64,000 nt of DNA from positions 6,815,812-6,879,811 of the forward strand of contig NC_092675.1 in NCBI RefSeq assembly GCF_964355755.1, in the 5' to 3' direction. Shown here in pieces: positions 25,301 to 38,500 of this stretch. Below the pieces are notes generated by a model. That model had not been told where the DNA came from. It searched no databases and saw only the letters and a list, made by a program, of their open reading frames with translations. This stretch comes from Antedon mediterranea (lineage: Eukaryota > Animalia > Echinodermata). Both the position numbers and the translations under genes were made by a program. How positions within the stretch are numbered: position 1 is the stretch's first letter; each line of letters begins with the position of its first letter.

Positions 25301-27257
25301 GATGCCATTGCACTACGGATGCCACTCCACTGTAGATACCATTCCGCTGCAGATGTGCTGCCATTCCGCTGCGTATACTGCTAGCTGAACATCTCCCATT
25401 TACTACACATACAACAACTGACTGCTGGTGGAAACCATCCATCAACAACATTTCTTGGCAAATCAATGCTTTCTGGAAAACAGGCTTACTAATAAAGAAT
25501 ACTGTATTTAAAAATAACAATACATATTACAGTTTTAACTCTAATTTTAAATAGGACACCGCTGAGGCAGAAGAAATTAGTGCGATGCCTACTTTTAAAT
25601 TCTATAAGAATGGAGCAAAGGTATGGGCTTACATATTTTTATACTTCTTTTTTATTATTAATTTGGTGAGAGTCGCAAAACGTCTGATTGAATTACTTAA
25701 TAATAATAATAAATGAAAACTTGTCTAGCGCCAGTGTCCCCCATCCATGTGGCACCCATGGCACTTTATGCATTAGCAAAGTGCGAGTACATCAGCGAAT
25801 AGCGACGTCTTCAGGTTGGTCTTGAAACTGTTCAGACTAGTTTGAGAATTTAACTGTTGCTAGTAAACTGTTCCATATAGTTCACTGCAACGTAAAAAGA
25901 TCACTGATTTTTTGCTCTATGCTCTTGAACAAGGTTTTCTGAAATTGATCGTAGGCCTCTGCAGGATGATTCATAACGATCCACAAGGTCAGATAAGTAA
26001 GCTTAGCTCCCTGATGCAAAGCTACAGTACTTTGCTGTAATTAAATTATAATCTTGGTGCTGTACCAGCTGTTGCTTCATTGGGCTAGAACCTAACCCCA
26101 GCCATCAGCTCAAACAAACTGATTGCCTGCCTGGAATTAATAATAATAATAATAATAATAGTTCATTCTTATATAGCGCATATAAGCAAGCTCTCAATGC
26201 GCTGAACATTATTACCCCAGTCATTTTTTTTTGGGGATCAAACACGATGGAAACATACTCCCATAATGCAGCTAGTAATCAGCGCAAAGTTGTGTCTTGA
26301 TCTAACCGGGTACCCATTTATACACCTGGGTGGAGAGAGGCAAACGTAAGTAAAGTATCTTGCCTAAGGATACAAGCAATGCGGCGAGATCAGTAATCCA
26401 ACGTCCAACAGGGTTTTGAATGAGAATTTTTTTTCTCAAATATGTACTTGATATACAATTCACTTTACAGTAGAGCAAAATATCTCATCAATTAACATAG
26501 CCACCTGAGCCTGGTTATTTCGCAGTAGTTATTAAATTATTTTTCAATCACCAAATTGGTAACTGAAAAATAATTTCAAAATCAATGGATATACTTTGTA
26601 CAGAAATTCAGTTTGTGTTTTGGTAATCGTTCCCTGATCTTTGGTTGTGTTTTCAAAAACTTTGTACGTGTAAAAAAGATGAAGTACAATATATGAAATA
26701 AAATTGGTAACCACTAATAAAACTGGTGAAATGATATACAAATACAGTAATATTATTGAACATCTCTTTCTCTCTCTCTGATATTATTTCTTATTTATCC
26801 TTCTTACATAGTAGGCCTACTGTATATTTATATATATTTATTTTTTATATCTTTAATTTTGTATTTTTATATTGTAATTTATTTTTTGTATTAACTGTTT
26901 GTATAGTTTGAGGGTCCCTCATGATCAGCTTATGCTGTATGTATCACCCTCATTAAATATTTCCTTTTAGGAGGCTAGGCCAAGGGCTAAACCATTACCC
27001 ACAAGCGTAATTTGGGACGCGTGGTTGAATGTGCGGTTGCTCACTGTACTGTGTAAATGAATGTGCAAAACAAAAATCCTGTACGATGATAAATTGTGCA
27101 AGTGACAATCCTCAATTGACAAGATGTGTGTGATATTACAATATGAATTGATATATGTTGATTAATGTTTTATCCTATTTTTGTCTCGGTGCAGGTTGAC
27201 GAATTAACTGGGGCCAATGAAGCTAAACTGAGAGGACTCATCGAAAAACACAAATAA
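19345..27257 (+). CDS. TXN: Thioredoxin (cytosolic Trx1 type, ~105 aa)
   Basis: Exons 19345-19371, 24281-24382, 24907-24966, 25555-25620, 27195-27257, all phase 0: [110 protein letters not shown] active site and the same 5-exon layout as vertebrate TXN. Confidence 0.96.
20048..20369. mobile_element. Kolobok-like MITE, short subfamily (TXN intron 1)
   Basis: TTAA|AGATGTA[CAGTA]TTGTCC...GGGGGACAATACATCT; the left TIR carries a 5-bp insertion. Confidence 0.85.
20650..21942. mobile_element. Non-autonomous hAT-like DNA transposon (1.3 kb) in TXN intron 1, 6-bp TSD
   Basis: TIRs CAGGGCATCA / TGATGCCCTG; direct repeat CTTTAT at 20644-20649 and 21943-21948; subterminal GGAGAGC/GCTCTCCT repeats at both ends. 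Confidence 0.82.
25030..25375. repeat. ~17-bp minisatellite (CCATTCCGCTGTGGATG)n with variants, in TXN intron 3
   Basis: Visible tandem array; accounts for the [12 protein letters not shown] ORFs. Confidence 0.9.
25700..26065 (-). mobile_element. 3' fragment of an L2/CR1-group LINE (ORF2 C-terminus and tail)
   Basis: The minus strand encodes degraded YLSDLVDRY...RGLRS...WNSL...[14 protein letters not shown], the typical L2 ORF2 end, followed by GCGCTAG...(ATT)n tail. Confidence 0.65.
26139..26390 (-). mobile_element. CORE-type SINE with L2-like tail
   Basis: The minus strand has CCTTAGGCAAG...TTGCCTCTCTCCACCCAGGTGTATAAATGGGTACC (CORE domain) and ends GCGCTATATAAG...(TAT)n. A 3' fragment of the same family lies at 41900-42032. 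Confidence 0.7.
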
Positions 27258-28344
27258 TAATAATACAAGAATCATTAAACCAATTTTGGTATTTTTCTAT
27301 CGTAATATACAGAGAAGTAAAAGTAAAATGACTTAAATTTAGAGATAGTCTTATTGTTAATTAGGTACAATAAGTTCGAAATTATACCCACCAGTAACCA
27401 AAGCCTTCATCGCGCTATAGATTAGTCTCTTTGATACAATTAACCACAATAACTAGTTTGACTAAAACCAAACAGATGATTAACAGACCAGAGCAGGTTA
27501 ACTTGGAGAGTCATGTAATATTAAATCGTTTTCATTGCTTTTAATAAATTTCAGAGCAATAAAATATTTTTGCTTGATTGTGTTTTGAACTGAATGTAAT
27601 TGTAATAGTTTAGTTACTTCTAAGCACATTCTTTTTTAAATATATATTTGTCATTTTGTTATATTTAGTATTCGCCATGTTGAGTTGTTGTATTCCTTAT
27701 TCCATTCAATTGTTAAAAGAAAATCAAACAGGATATCTATTCAGAAATAACACCAAATGTATAACCTTGATTTTTTTTATACTAACAAACAAAATTGTGT
27801 AGGATTACAGAGCTTACCGAGTTTTCATTTGTTACTAGCCACGTTTGTACACACTGTTAGTTATTATGTTAAGATCTTTAAGCCCATGTATCTTTCTGTG
27901 TGTGACAATAATAAGTAATTAAATACAAAAAAATAGTGTTACAGCATTTAAAATCAGGTGGTTTAATGAATGAATTTCATTCTATTAAATAAAATGTATG
28001 TCAAAAATGTCTGTTAGTGGTGTGCTTTTAATTGTATAATAGAGTAGAAACCTGTATTAAGGTGACACCTTCGAGGACTAACAAAGTGCCCTTGGGGGTT
28101 GGTCATATTTCCCCTTGTTTGTTTTAGTGTCCGCTTACTATTACTGTATAAACTATAGGCCAAATATGTAGGCAATGCACCAGTAGCCGATGCAGAAATC
28201 TGAAGTAAGGAGAGGTGGGGTACTAGTAGTGTAAATGAAGTGCTGAAGAGGGGAAAGTCCGTACTTTGTTAGTCACATCTTGAACCCGCCTATGTGTACC
28301 TTGAATTAGTGTGTTGTAAAGTGTGTTTAAAATAATCCTTCACT

Positions 28345-28408
28345 TTTGATTGGTCAATTCGCTTGTGTTGTGGCTTGCATTCCTGCGCTGCGTCCTAGTG
28401 GGAACCGA
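28345..28408. mobile_element. Partial (one-arm) copy of the AGCTTGGTTCCCACT MITE family
   Basis: ttttgattggtcaattc...gcgtcctagtgggaacc matches the right arm of 58277-58455. Confidence 0.6.
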
Positions 28409-31400
28409 ACATATTGAGTACTTTGATTAATTTAAATTCTTGATGACGTGTAAAAAAAAAGGGAAAACCCCAAACCAGACTCTACGGCAGAACACTTTGT
28501 AACACCTCAATTTCATGTGAAACGAACGAGAGAAATTCTGAAAACATCTCACAAAATACATAGTCAGGGGACATCGATATGAACATGCCTCGAAGAATTG
28601 TGTGTGGCACTGAAGGCACCCAGTATCTGATATTTGGTTGCCCTCTAAATTTCTTAAAAAAACCTTAGTGGCGTCTGAAATGAGCAAGATCAAGAATAGA
28701 CTGTGTTCTTGTATTCCACAACCGATAAAACATTGTCATCTGGCTTGGTTGTTTATTTTAGTGCCCCAAGTACATTTGTGGGCTTCCCCGAAACTCAGCT
28801 GATTCTGAGAGATCTCGACATTTTATTTGGGTCCCAACAAAGGTGTACTCCTAATAGATGTTCTATTGTAACACGTATATATACAGGGCAATGTCGTAAC
28901 AAACCCTACACCATCTGAATCAAGATGAAGTATTGCTGGCAAGGTACCTCTAAATTGATATTTTGTGATGTAATATTGAATACAAAATATTTAAACACAC
29001 ACATAATGTTCGCATATTATGTAAATTATTTTTATTCATGACTGGAGGCAGACTTAAGCGTTTATGAAGTTGACATTTTTAAAATTCATACAAAAATAGA
29101 TTTAAATGTCTGCATTTAAGAAGTTGCAGATACGACACACATACAGACAGTTAATAGTGAATGAGAATATGAAATCTACAAACTTAATCGAATTCTACTT
29201 CATAAAATGATACTATTGAAAGACAACAATTATTTTACACGTCATTGTATGCGATTGTTTTATTAGAGGTCATAAATACTGTATCCAAATGTTATACGTC
29301 ATAATGTATGCATAATTTTTAATACAGTACAATCTCAAAAATGGCATTAATCGTGTACAGGTTTCTTCTTCTATAAAGCTTCTAAGATTATTGGGATAAT
29401 ATTGTTTACATTTTGTTAAAATTGAACCATACATAAAAAGACGAACACAATTGTAAGGATTGTTGACCCGATAATACACGTTTGGTAGAATCAGGAGGAA
29501 TCATGTTGAGGTGTGCAAGAGGGTATTTAAAATCCTCGTGTACAATCGAACAAACTACATGCTATTCTTAATCAGTGCTTATATTAATCTACGTATTTTC
29601 ATGTGCATAGAGTAGTTAGAAATATTAAATCTGCATAATACTATTTTACAGGCAGGTAGTATATTCTGTACATGTATTTACACGTGTACAAACAGTGGAA
29701 TAGGATAGGAGCTTTACTATTAATACTCCTGCTCATAGATTGTATATACTATGTATAATATCAATTTATACACACACATGGTCTAGTAAATAATTAAATT
29801 AGCGGTAAAGATAACCTGTAGACAATATACAACTCAGTCAATTCTGTGGGTGTCGATATAAATGATGTACTTGCTATGCAAAACAGTCACCAATTATAAG
29901 CAACGATAATCGATCACATTGAGCCGAAATGTTGGTGGTCAGAATTTCGGTCTCCAAAATGTGACCTTAAGGAAACATTTAGAAATTATGTTTGTCTTCA
30001 ATTTAAAGTAACAATCGCATCATTATTATTGATAATATCCTATGTATTATCATCAAAAAGGAAAGTATACGGTACATCTAGAGTAGATTGTTTGTTTGCA
30101 AAGTTAAAAAAAAGAGCGTTGTATAAACTTTTTGAGAGTTAATGGGATTCTCAATCTCGATGAGGGCAGTGTTTAAGTACGTGTTAGGTTTAATAGTAAA
30201 AGAATTGAAAAAGAATAATTGTAAAGGCTTTTTACTACTACTAGGCCTATTAACTGAATACGTAATTCGTCCTTAAAATGTAGGCCTAATATCTGTACTT
30301 TATGCCCGGTACTACACAACCGTCTGATAGGTTATTAGGCCTAATTATTATCATAACTAATTTAATGCAAAATACGAGAATAGTCCGTTTTTGTAACAAG
30401 TATATTACGGTATTAATTATTAATCAAAAAATCATTTACTGGCTATACCTCTTGTAATATTCGTGCGGTAGGTTAACGTACTTTTATATTACATTTTAGG
30501 CAGCCAATACTTTGAGTTCTTTGAATGTTACATGCTAAAAATACAAACGATTTCCGTGTGAAGGATTCTAAACAGCATGGCACTGAAAGTTATATTTTCG
30601 AAAGCCCTACATTATGACAATTAATTTGCAACATAAAGTCTGCGCTGCATAGCTTAAACGAGCATAATAATTATATTCGTGCTTATGAAAACCTGTATTT
30701 GGCAGATGAGTCCAGCTCATTGACTGATACAAAGTATGAAACCTCATTAGTAGGCCTATACAATGATCAACACATTAAAACGTATAATATTTACATATTA
30801 CATTCATTTTGTACAACTTTATATAAGAATTGTTCAGTATACAAACCAACACAATTAACTAGATATGTAAATTATTTTAAGAAACATGGACGAAATCTTA
30901 AATATTAAATTTATGCGCCGTGTGTACCCAGTACACAGATATCGTAATCATTGCCTGCCTGTTGACCACAACGACTGAATGGAAATAATTATGTCGACAA
31001 TAACACTACGACGAAATTATCCAAGTAAAGTAAAAGATTTTTACAAAATAAGTATTAGTTGGGTAAAAGAAGTGAGTTTCCTATTAATTTATAGGCGACT
31101 TCGTCCAGGTTTCGCTGCATGCACTAGCTCTACTATTATTATAGCGTCATTAGTAACGTACGTAGTATCTCGCACCAAATATCAACACTCATGTTTGCAC
31201 TAAATTATTACTCATTGCATTTGTTTTCCCAATGTTATCTAATTAATATATTATAATAGTGACATTTCATAATGACTGTTGAATTTTATATTGTAATATT
31301 ACATAGGATAACGTGTTTGGTCAAAATGGTATATCACGTGACTAGCCATCCAAGAGGATCCGAAACGTTATTTTACACTAGGACATTATATCTGTTATAG

Positions 31401-31648
31401 TGAACAGTCCCTGACGTCACACCGGATTGTCATCAGTGGAGTCAATCTCGAAAGTGAAGTAAGTCTCTTTTACAAAATCATCGATGAAAAAAAATAATTA
31501 TCAGTGTACAGAATTCGTTGTGAATTCCTCTGCAGATAATAAATACGATCATCACACCTATTAATGCATGTTGTTCCTGCTGTATGTAATCCACCAACTC
31601 TACTAAAAGTGTAACTTTTTTTTTGATGATTATAATAAAAAAGCTTAA

Positions 31649-32179
31649 GGCCCGTTTACACTAGGACGATAACGATCTACGATAACTATAAGATAAACAT
31701 GCATTTTACATAAAACAAAGAATTAGAAAGAACTTTTAGAACAATTAATGAAAATAATAATATTTCCACATGTCCAATCAAATTACGTTATGATTAGTAA
31801 AGCTTGGTTCCCACTAGAACGTAACGCAAGGACGTAAACGCAAAGCAAGCGTTCTAACAAATGACAAGCGAAGATATAGAAAGTTAGCAATCACAAGCGA
31901 ATAAGCCATCGCTTGTGATTGGTCAATTCACTTGCGTTGCGTTACGTCCTTGTGTTGCGTCGCTAGTGGGAACTACGCTTAAGAGCAACATTGTGACGAT
32001 ACAACGATTATTATTCTTGTTATTGATCATGTCGTCATTTGAATTTAGAAAACATTTATTTTTCTATCAAAGGACAGCATAAATGGTTATGCTATAGTTC
32101 TAGAATGAAAACTTCTTATATTTCTTTTGTTTTATGTAAAAAAAAAAAAGAATGATTATCGTCCTAGTATGTTTCAGCC
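31649..32179. mobile_element. Older Harbinger-like MITE (GGCCCGTTTACACTAGGACGATAA termini) containing a nested foldback MITE at 31801-31979
   Basis: Outer arms ggcccgtttacactaggacgataa / ttatcgtcctagtatgtttcagcc. Inner element TAA|AGCTTGGTTCCCACTAG...CTAGTGGGAACTACGCT|TAA. Confidence 0.7.
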
Positions 32180-32569
32180 TTTAAATAGAAAAATAATGAA
32201 TTTAAAAGTATATATGTTGTATTGTATTTTATAACGTACAAAATAGGAAAATTTACAATAGCATAAATAACAATATTACGAAGGCATACATACTTTTGAG
32301 TTACACATGTAATTTATGTTTAGTGGGTCAACCACTTATTTCCATACGGAAGATGATTACAAATAAAAATTATAGAAAATATTTTAGACATATCATATTT
32401 ACAAAGGTATATTCTATTATAAAAGGATTAGGACGCACATTATTCTTAATTTAATCTACTTAAGCGTTTATGACTCATAGCAAGAAAACATCATTCCCTA
32501 TTATGATTATTGGTTATTTGAAAACAAAATGGTATATGTTATTAAATATTTTATTAATAAAAAATGAGA

Positions 32570-35500
32570 TTAGTCGAAACTGTGGTAAGAGTCTGATGTG
32601 GAGCGATCTCGGCCAGCCTCGCGCCCTCTATCATCAGACCGTCGTGATGTAGAACCTAAAGATGACTGCTTGCTATAGCGTGCTTCTCTATTTGCAGAAA
32701 ATCGTAATGGTGATCTATCACGCCTGTCATCATAAGGCTTCTGGGCAGCAAATACATCCAAGGCACTTTGTGTTCGATTTGAAACTCTCTTTCCGGAACT
32801 CCGAGTTGACATTGAAATGCTATTTTCAGACGAAATCCTTTTACTATGAAATTGATGTCTCTGTTCATTTGTTCGGTAATTATAATCTGTTCGAGTATGA
32901 CCATTTTGATCGTCGTCCATAGTACATTCGGTACTATGTCTTCGTTCTAACAAAGGGGATTGGCTTTCGTCTTTAAGGCGTGTCAACGATGAGGCACTGT
33001 GTGGTCGTTCTCTTTGACTAGGAACATCCAAGAACGACATACCTCTGGATGGTTCTCTCACCAATTCGTACTCTTTACTTCCACCACCACCCCTACTTTC
33101 CCTGTATGTTAGTCTGTGCTCTTCGAATGATCTACTCCGCTTTTTATCAGATGGATAAATTGCTGGAGGTGCGTCGTCTTCAGCAAGTTCTATTGTTAGC
33201 GTTGGTGAGCAGGAAAACTTACGAAAATGTGTTGTGGAGGCGGGAGAATCTACGGTAAGAGAGCGTGACTGAGACGAAAGTCTTGGTGAGTGACGCGGTG
33301 AATGCCGGGATACTAATGGTTTTTGCTTCTTTGGCTCGTCATCATCCGGTGCAAGGAGGACAGGTATAGATAATATTCTTGATTTTTCACCATATAAGTT
33401 TCGCTTTATCTCCCCTCTTCCTCTTCCAATGCCACTGTAAAACACGTCATCTGCTTGAGGAGAAGGAATAATAGTTTTCTCAAACGGGTTAATGTGTGAT
33501 GGTTCAGTAACTAATTGTTTGTTTCTATTAGTATCACAAATATCAGTTCTGGGAAGTTGAGGAGATCGTTTACAAACAGGTGTAAACGCGCTACTTCGGT
33601 TGCCCTCAACGGCATCATCAATATTCAAACGTTTATCTCTCTTGACTTCCCCTTCCAACCTAATGTGTTCGCTTGACCTCCATTCTGGAATTGTATCCCA
33701 TGCCACTGGATCTTGTGGAACTTTGGAAGTAGCCTCTTCGGGTGGTGGAGGAGGATCATCCTCTCCTAATATTCGTTTCCGTTCCTCACGTAAGAATTCT
33801 TCCTCAATACTATCTTGTTGTAGTACAAATTTACGTGATGACATACGACTTCTACTGGAGGACATGCTAGATCCTGATTTTCTCGTCCAGAAATCTACAT
33901 TATAATCTTCGCTAGCTGTCCTTGTGTCTGTGGAATCTGGGACTTCGAGAATTTTTCTCGGTGTATCGAGCAGAGAGTCACTATGTTGTTTTCTGCTTAT
34001 TCTAAGTCGTCTGTTTCGTCGCGATTTGTATGTTGATGGCGTATCAAACATTGAATCCTGGCGGAGGAACTCTTTAAATATCTTGTCAGTCTTTTCGTCA
34101 ATACTATAGTCGCGCTTGAAGTAGTACTGAAAACGGTCGTCTCTATGACTCCTAAATAATCTACCAAGTCTTCCAAATTTTCTTCGAACTGATGACGTTT
34201 CACTTTGTGAATCCGAACCTAGGTTGACAGATGCGTCACTAGCCGAATCAAAGTATGTAGATGCAGACTGCGAATCAATCTCGCTCTCATCTTCCGGAAA
34301 GCTGAAACTATCGTCAATGGCTTCACCTTTTCCGGAAGTAAATTGTCGACGTTTTTTTGAAGCAGTACGAGAATCACCGCGTTTACGCGCAAAAGACTCA
34401 GCATCGTCTTCAATTTCTGTCGATGTGTCTTTTACTAAGGAAGGATATTCTCGAATGGGACTTGACTCACTAGACAGACTTGGTACATAACTTTCGATAC
34501 TTGTACTCTCCTTATCACTCATTGCATAAAGATAGCGTTTTTGTTCTGACATACATTTTTGTTGCTGTTCAATCGAAACATATCCGCTATCTCCTTGCAT
34601 TTGGCGAAGGTTTCGACCTCCTTCTTTTCCGGAACTATCACCGGACTGTCCTTTGCTGCGATCAGAAGTATCCGACTCCTCGGTACTAATACTACTGAAC
34701 GCCAAATCAAAACTGTCGTCTTTCGTACGGGCATGTAATTTGTGTTTCTGTTGCACCAATAGTCTGTCCTTACTGTCATCCATGGAATGATATCGTCGTT
34801 TAATTGTATTAACATCCTGTTTTTGAGTCATATTGTCTGGCTGAATAGCTGTAATCACTGTATCTGGTTCGGAACTGTTTGAGGTAGATTCCTCAAGCTC
34901 GAACGTGGCACGAAGTTTCCAGAGTTCCCGATAATCATGCTGCTTATCTGCACGAGAAGTTTGATCCTCAACCTCTATTTCAGGAAGTTGAACATCTCGA
35001 GCGAATCCTTTGTATTTGGAATCAATATAGTACTCGGCGGATAAAGGACGAACGTTCTGTAACATTGGTTTTGCTTTAGGAGAGGGCGGAGGTCGTGAAT
35101 TAGAAACCCATGGAGCCTGAAATAAAGGCGAAATTTCATCATCGTCGTCATAAACGTCTCTATTATTGTAAGGTTGAGAACTCTCAATTTCATCAATGTA
35201 TGTTTTTGAGTGTCCTTCTATATCTTTATGAAATTGAACAGATACTTCACTCAAGTGTGGACTTTCACACGGAGAAGGAGTTCTAGTAATTGCTTGCTGA
35301 ACCTTTAGTGATGGCCTTGGTTTACTCTCCGGGCTCATGCGTTTTTCATTCCATTCTTTTAAGTCTTTTAATCTAGAAAGTTGTTCAATATCTAAGGATC
35401 TTGTTTGGTTGACATGTTGATCGTTAAAGTTTGGACTTCCATTGTGATTATCATTATCATCGTCAGTATATCTAAAGAAATTACAACAGTTTTGTGATTG

Positions 35501-38500
35501 TAAATTAATGTAAATTATTAAGAAACGTTTAACTTTTATATATTTATGTTTTTTTTAAATATCAGATTGTTCAAACAAGGCCTATATTATGATAATCAAT
35601 AAGTAACTTACGGCTTCCTATATGTTATTTGCTAGACATGAAACTGCTCATGTATCGAATAAAAACGTAGCTTATAATTTGTGTAAAATTACATGCTTTT
35701 ACCTTCTTGAATAGTTTGGTGTTTTCCTTAATTTTCCTTGAGGTCTATGAGAGTTGTTTTTCTTTTGGGTACTTGGAGAGTCTTCTACGCATATAATGTT
35801 CCCATTGCTTGTTTGAGCTCTTTCTGGTATTTCTGTCATCTGACATTCGTCTGAAGATAAAATAAAAATGAAATTGTAAGCCTTATTTTTGTTTTTTATT
35901 TTTGTTATCTTTATCATTAGACCATTGAAATGGCATGGCTTCACATCTCGCCGGGCCCTTTATTCATTCAAGTTGATTGGTTAAAAGTTTACTTTGAAAA
36001 AATAGGTGTGTTGTTAAATAATTGATGTTTAATTTGAACATTAGTTGAACCTTGATAGAATTAGAACAGCCTTTGGTACCGTAATACTTGTAAATGTCTT
36101 TACTTGATTCTCCGACGCAAACATGATAATAATACTGTATAAAGTAATTTTGCACTTACCCAATAATGGTTCCATTTTTATTCCATTTGAACGATGCGAT
36201 GGTGGATGTTCATCTTCACCACTTTTAAACAAAGTCAAAACTTAAATGTTATTCAATGTGTTAAATCACAGAGTTTTGTCCATGTTAAATGTACTATATA
36301 AATGATCAGTGGCGTAAAGCATAGGCCTAGTGGCTCTCCAACGCTGAAGGCCTCGGGTATTTAGCCTTTTCGACATATTTTAATGCATGGATACTCAAGG
36401 GCCCCCATAAGATCCGGGCCCCTAGGTTTAGGCAGTGAGCGGTCATAACCGTTACGCCACTGTAAACGATTATGTCAATGAAGTTTTATTTTAAAACCAA
36501 CCAAAACATACTGCATAAAAGCCTACCTATCATAATTCTCAGATTCGGCTTTTAGTGGAACCTGACTTTCTTCTCGTATAGGGGTAAAATGATGTTTATC
36601 ACCAGCTGCTAGTTCTACGTTTATCCCATCTGGAAGATTATAAGGAGAACGTTGACGCCTGTAATGAAAAAAAGCAATAACTTAGTTTAAACGTTATTGT
36701 CGTTGCCATGAAAATGTATCTACCGTATTTAACGAATTGGTTGACAATAGTGCATTTTAAGGCGACATTGCACAAAATAACAGTAAATACAAAAGTTGAA
36801 CTTCCTCACAATCTTTACCTTAACTGATGGAGCGCCATCATCAAGCAATTCAAATCGAGAGGTTCCATGGTAATAACAAAACACAGTATTGTAAGGCAAT
36901 TAATTTGAATTTTGTACGAACAGAGTCCATTAAAAGCACGGATTAATCCAAATTCTAGTCGTAGCCTACGAACAACACATCACTTAACTTGACGAATTAT
37001 AACGTATACGAAAGGTACACACCAATGGCGATCGTTAAAGGAACATGGTAAATTACATAGTCATTGATTGCCTCAAAATATGAATTCAGACAATCAATTA
37101 ATTATAGATCTTTGCTTCGTAGACCGCCTCGAGACGATGTCAAAGACAAACATACAATCTCCAATGAGCTATGCTAACATGTTTTAGTAGTTATACCCGT
37201 GTCTCGGTCGACGCATCGATCATCTACTAATCGCGTTTTCATTGATTCTGAATATGAAACGCGTTACCCGTATCACTAACGCCTACGCCATTATACTTAT
37301 GGTAAATGTCAGATATTGGGTTCATTTTAACCACGCTTCCTGAGTTGTACAGTTGCTTTATTCGTACGTTCGCAGATGCACATTCCTAGATGCACGTTCG
37401 CAGATGCACATTCCTAGATGCACGTTCGCAGATGCACATGCAGATGCACGTTCATTTGAGATTCAAAGAATCTCAAAATAGCTTAGTTCGTCAAATACCT
37501 AATTAATGTCCTATTATGAATGTCATAATATTGAAGTTATTAAAGTTTCTATATTTTAAAATTTTAACATTTTTTGCAAGTTAGCATTTGTGAACACAAC
37601 AACGTCGCATATACAACCGGCCATAGTATTTAATATTCATGTTATAGTTTGCACAATTCATATGTCTATTCAACTTCTCCTCTATCCAAATATATGTTTT
37701 ATGTATTATTTTCAAATTATATCATGAATTTTAATAGCTATATATATGGAGAATTATGTACTCTGTATTCTTTTTCCGAAAATAAAAGATGAAATGAAAT
37801 GAAATGAAATATATAAATCGATATATTGGTGAATCTACAAAACTCCGAGTTACAACATGGGCTAAAATATTAAATAGCACGCTCTTTATCACTCTGTGCA
37901 TTTCGCTCAGTGTTTCTGACTGAACTTACCGCCATAGACAGAATTTTCTATTTTTTCCAACACAGTATTTGCAGCAAAATATAAGTATGATGACCAGTAC
38001 GAGTCCTACAATGACACCGCAGACTAGAATAACTAGTGGAAGGAGTGGCCGCTCTTTTTTCTCATCTACCTACAAATATGAATAAATACACATACAATTA
38101 ACGTTATGTATTTCAAGAATAAAATCAGCGGCAACAAATGAATACAATTACGAATAATCTAGACGGTTCTGGAGGCTAGATTCATCGGATGCACTCCATT
38201 CGCGTAACGCCGAGATGTCTGAGGCCCCTGGGTTAGGAACTCCAAGTGGCCCTTCAACATTGGAGGCCTCGGGCGTTTTTAGCCATTTTCGACATTATTT
38301 TAACGCCTGTTTTTCCCTCTTACACTGCTCACGGGCCCCATAAGCTCCGGGCCCCTGTGTTTAGCCGGTGTGAGCGTTCATACATAATCGTTACGCCACT
38401 GCACTCATGCCATTCTGCACGCATGTGCAATTACTTCTCAGAATACTTTTCAAAATAAATTAAGTGTGCATTCGAAAAAAAATGGGTTGATCAACCGTAC

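Noticed and set aside
24992-25520. Cys-rich ORFs ([12 protein letters not shown] repeats) resembling a metallothionein
   Set aside because: Translation of a ~17-bp tandem repeat in thioredoxin intron 3.
32656-35196. Many short overlapping ORFs on both strands
   Set aside because: Shadows of the long CBARP-like last exon.
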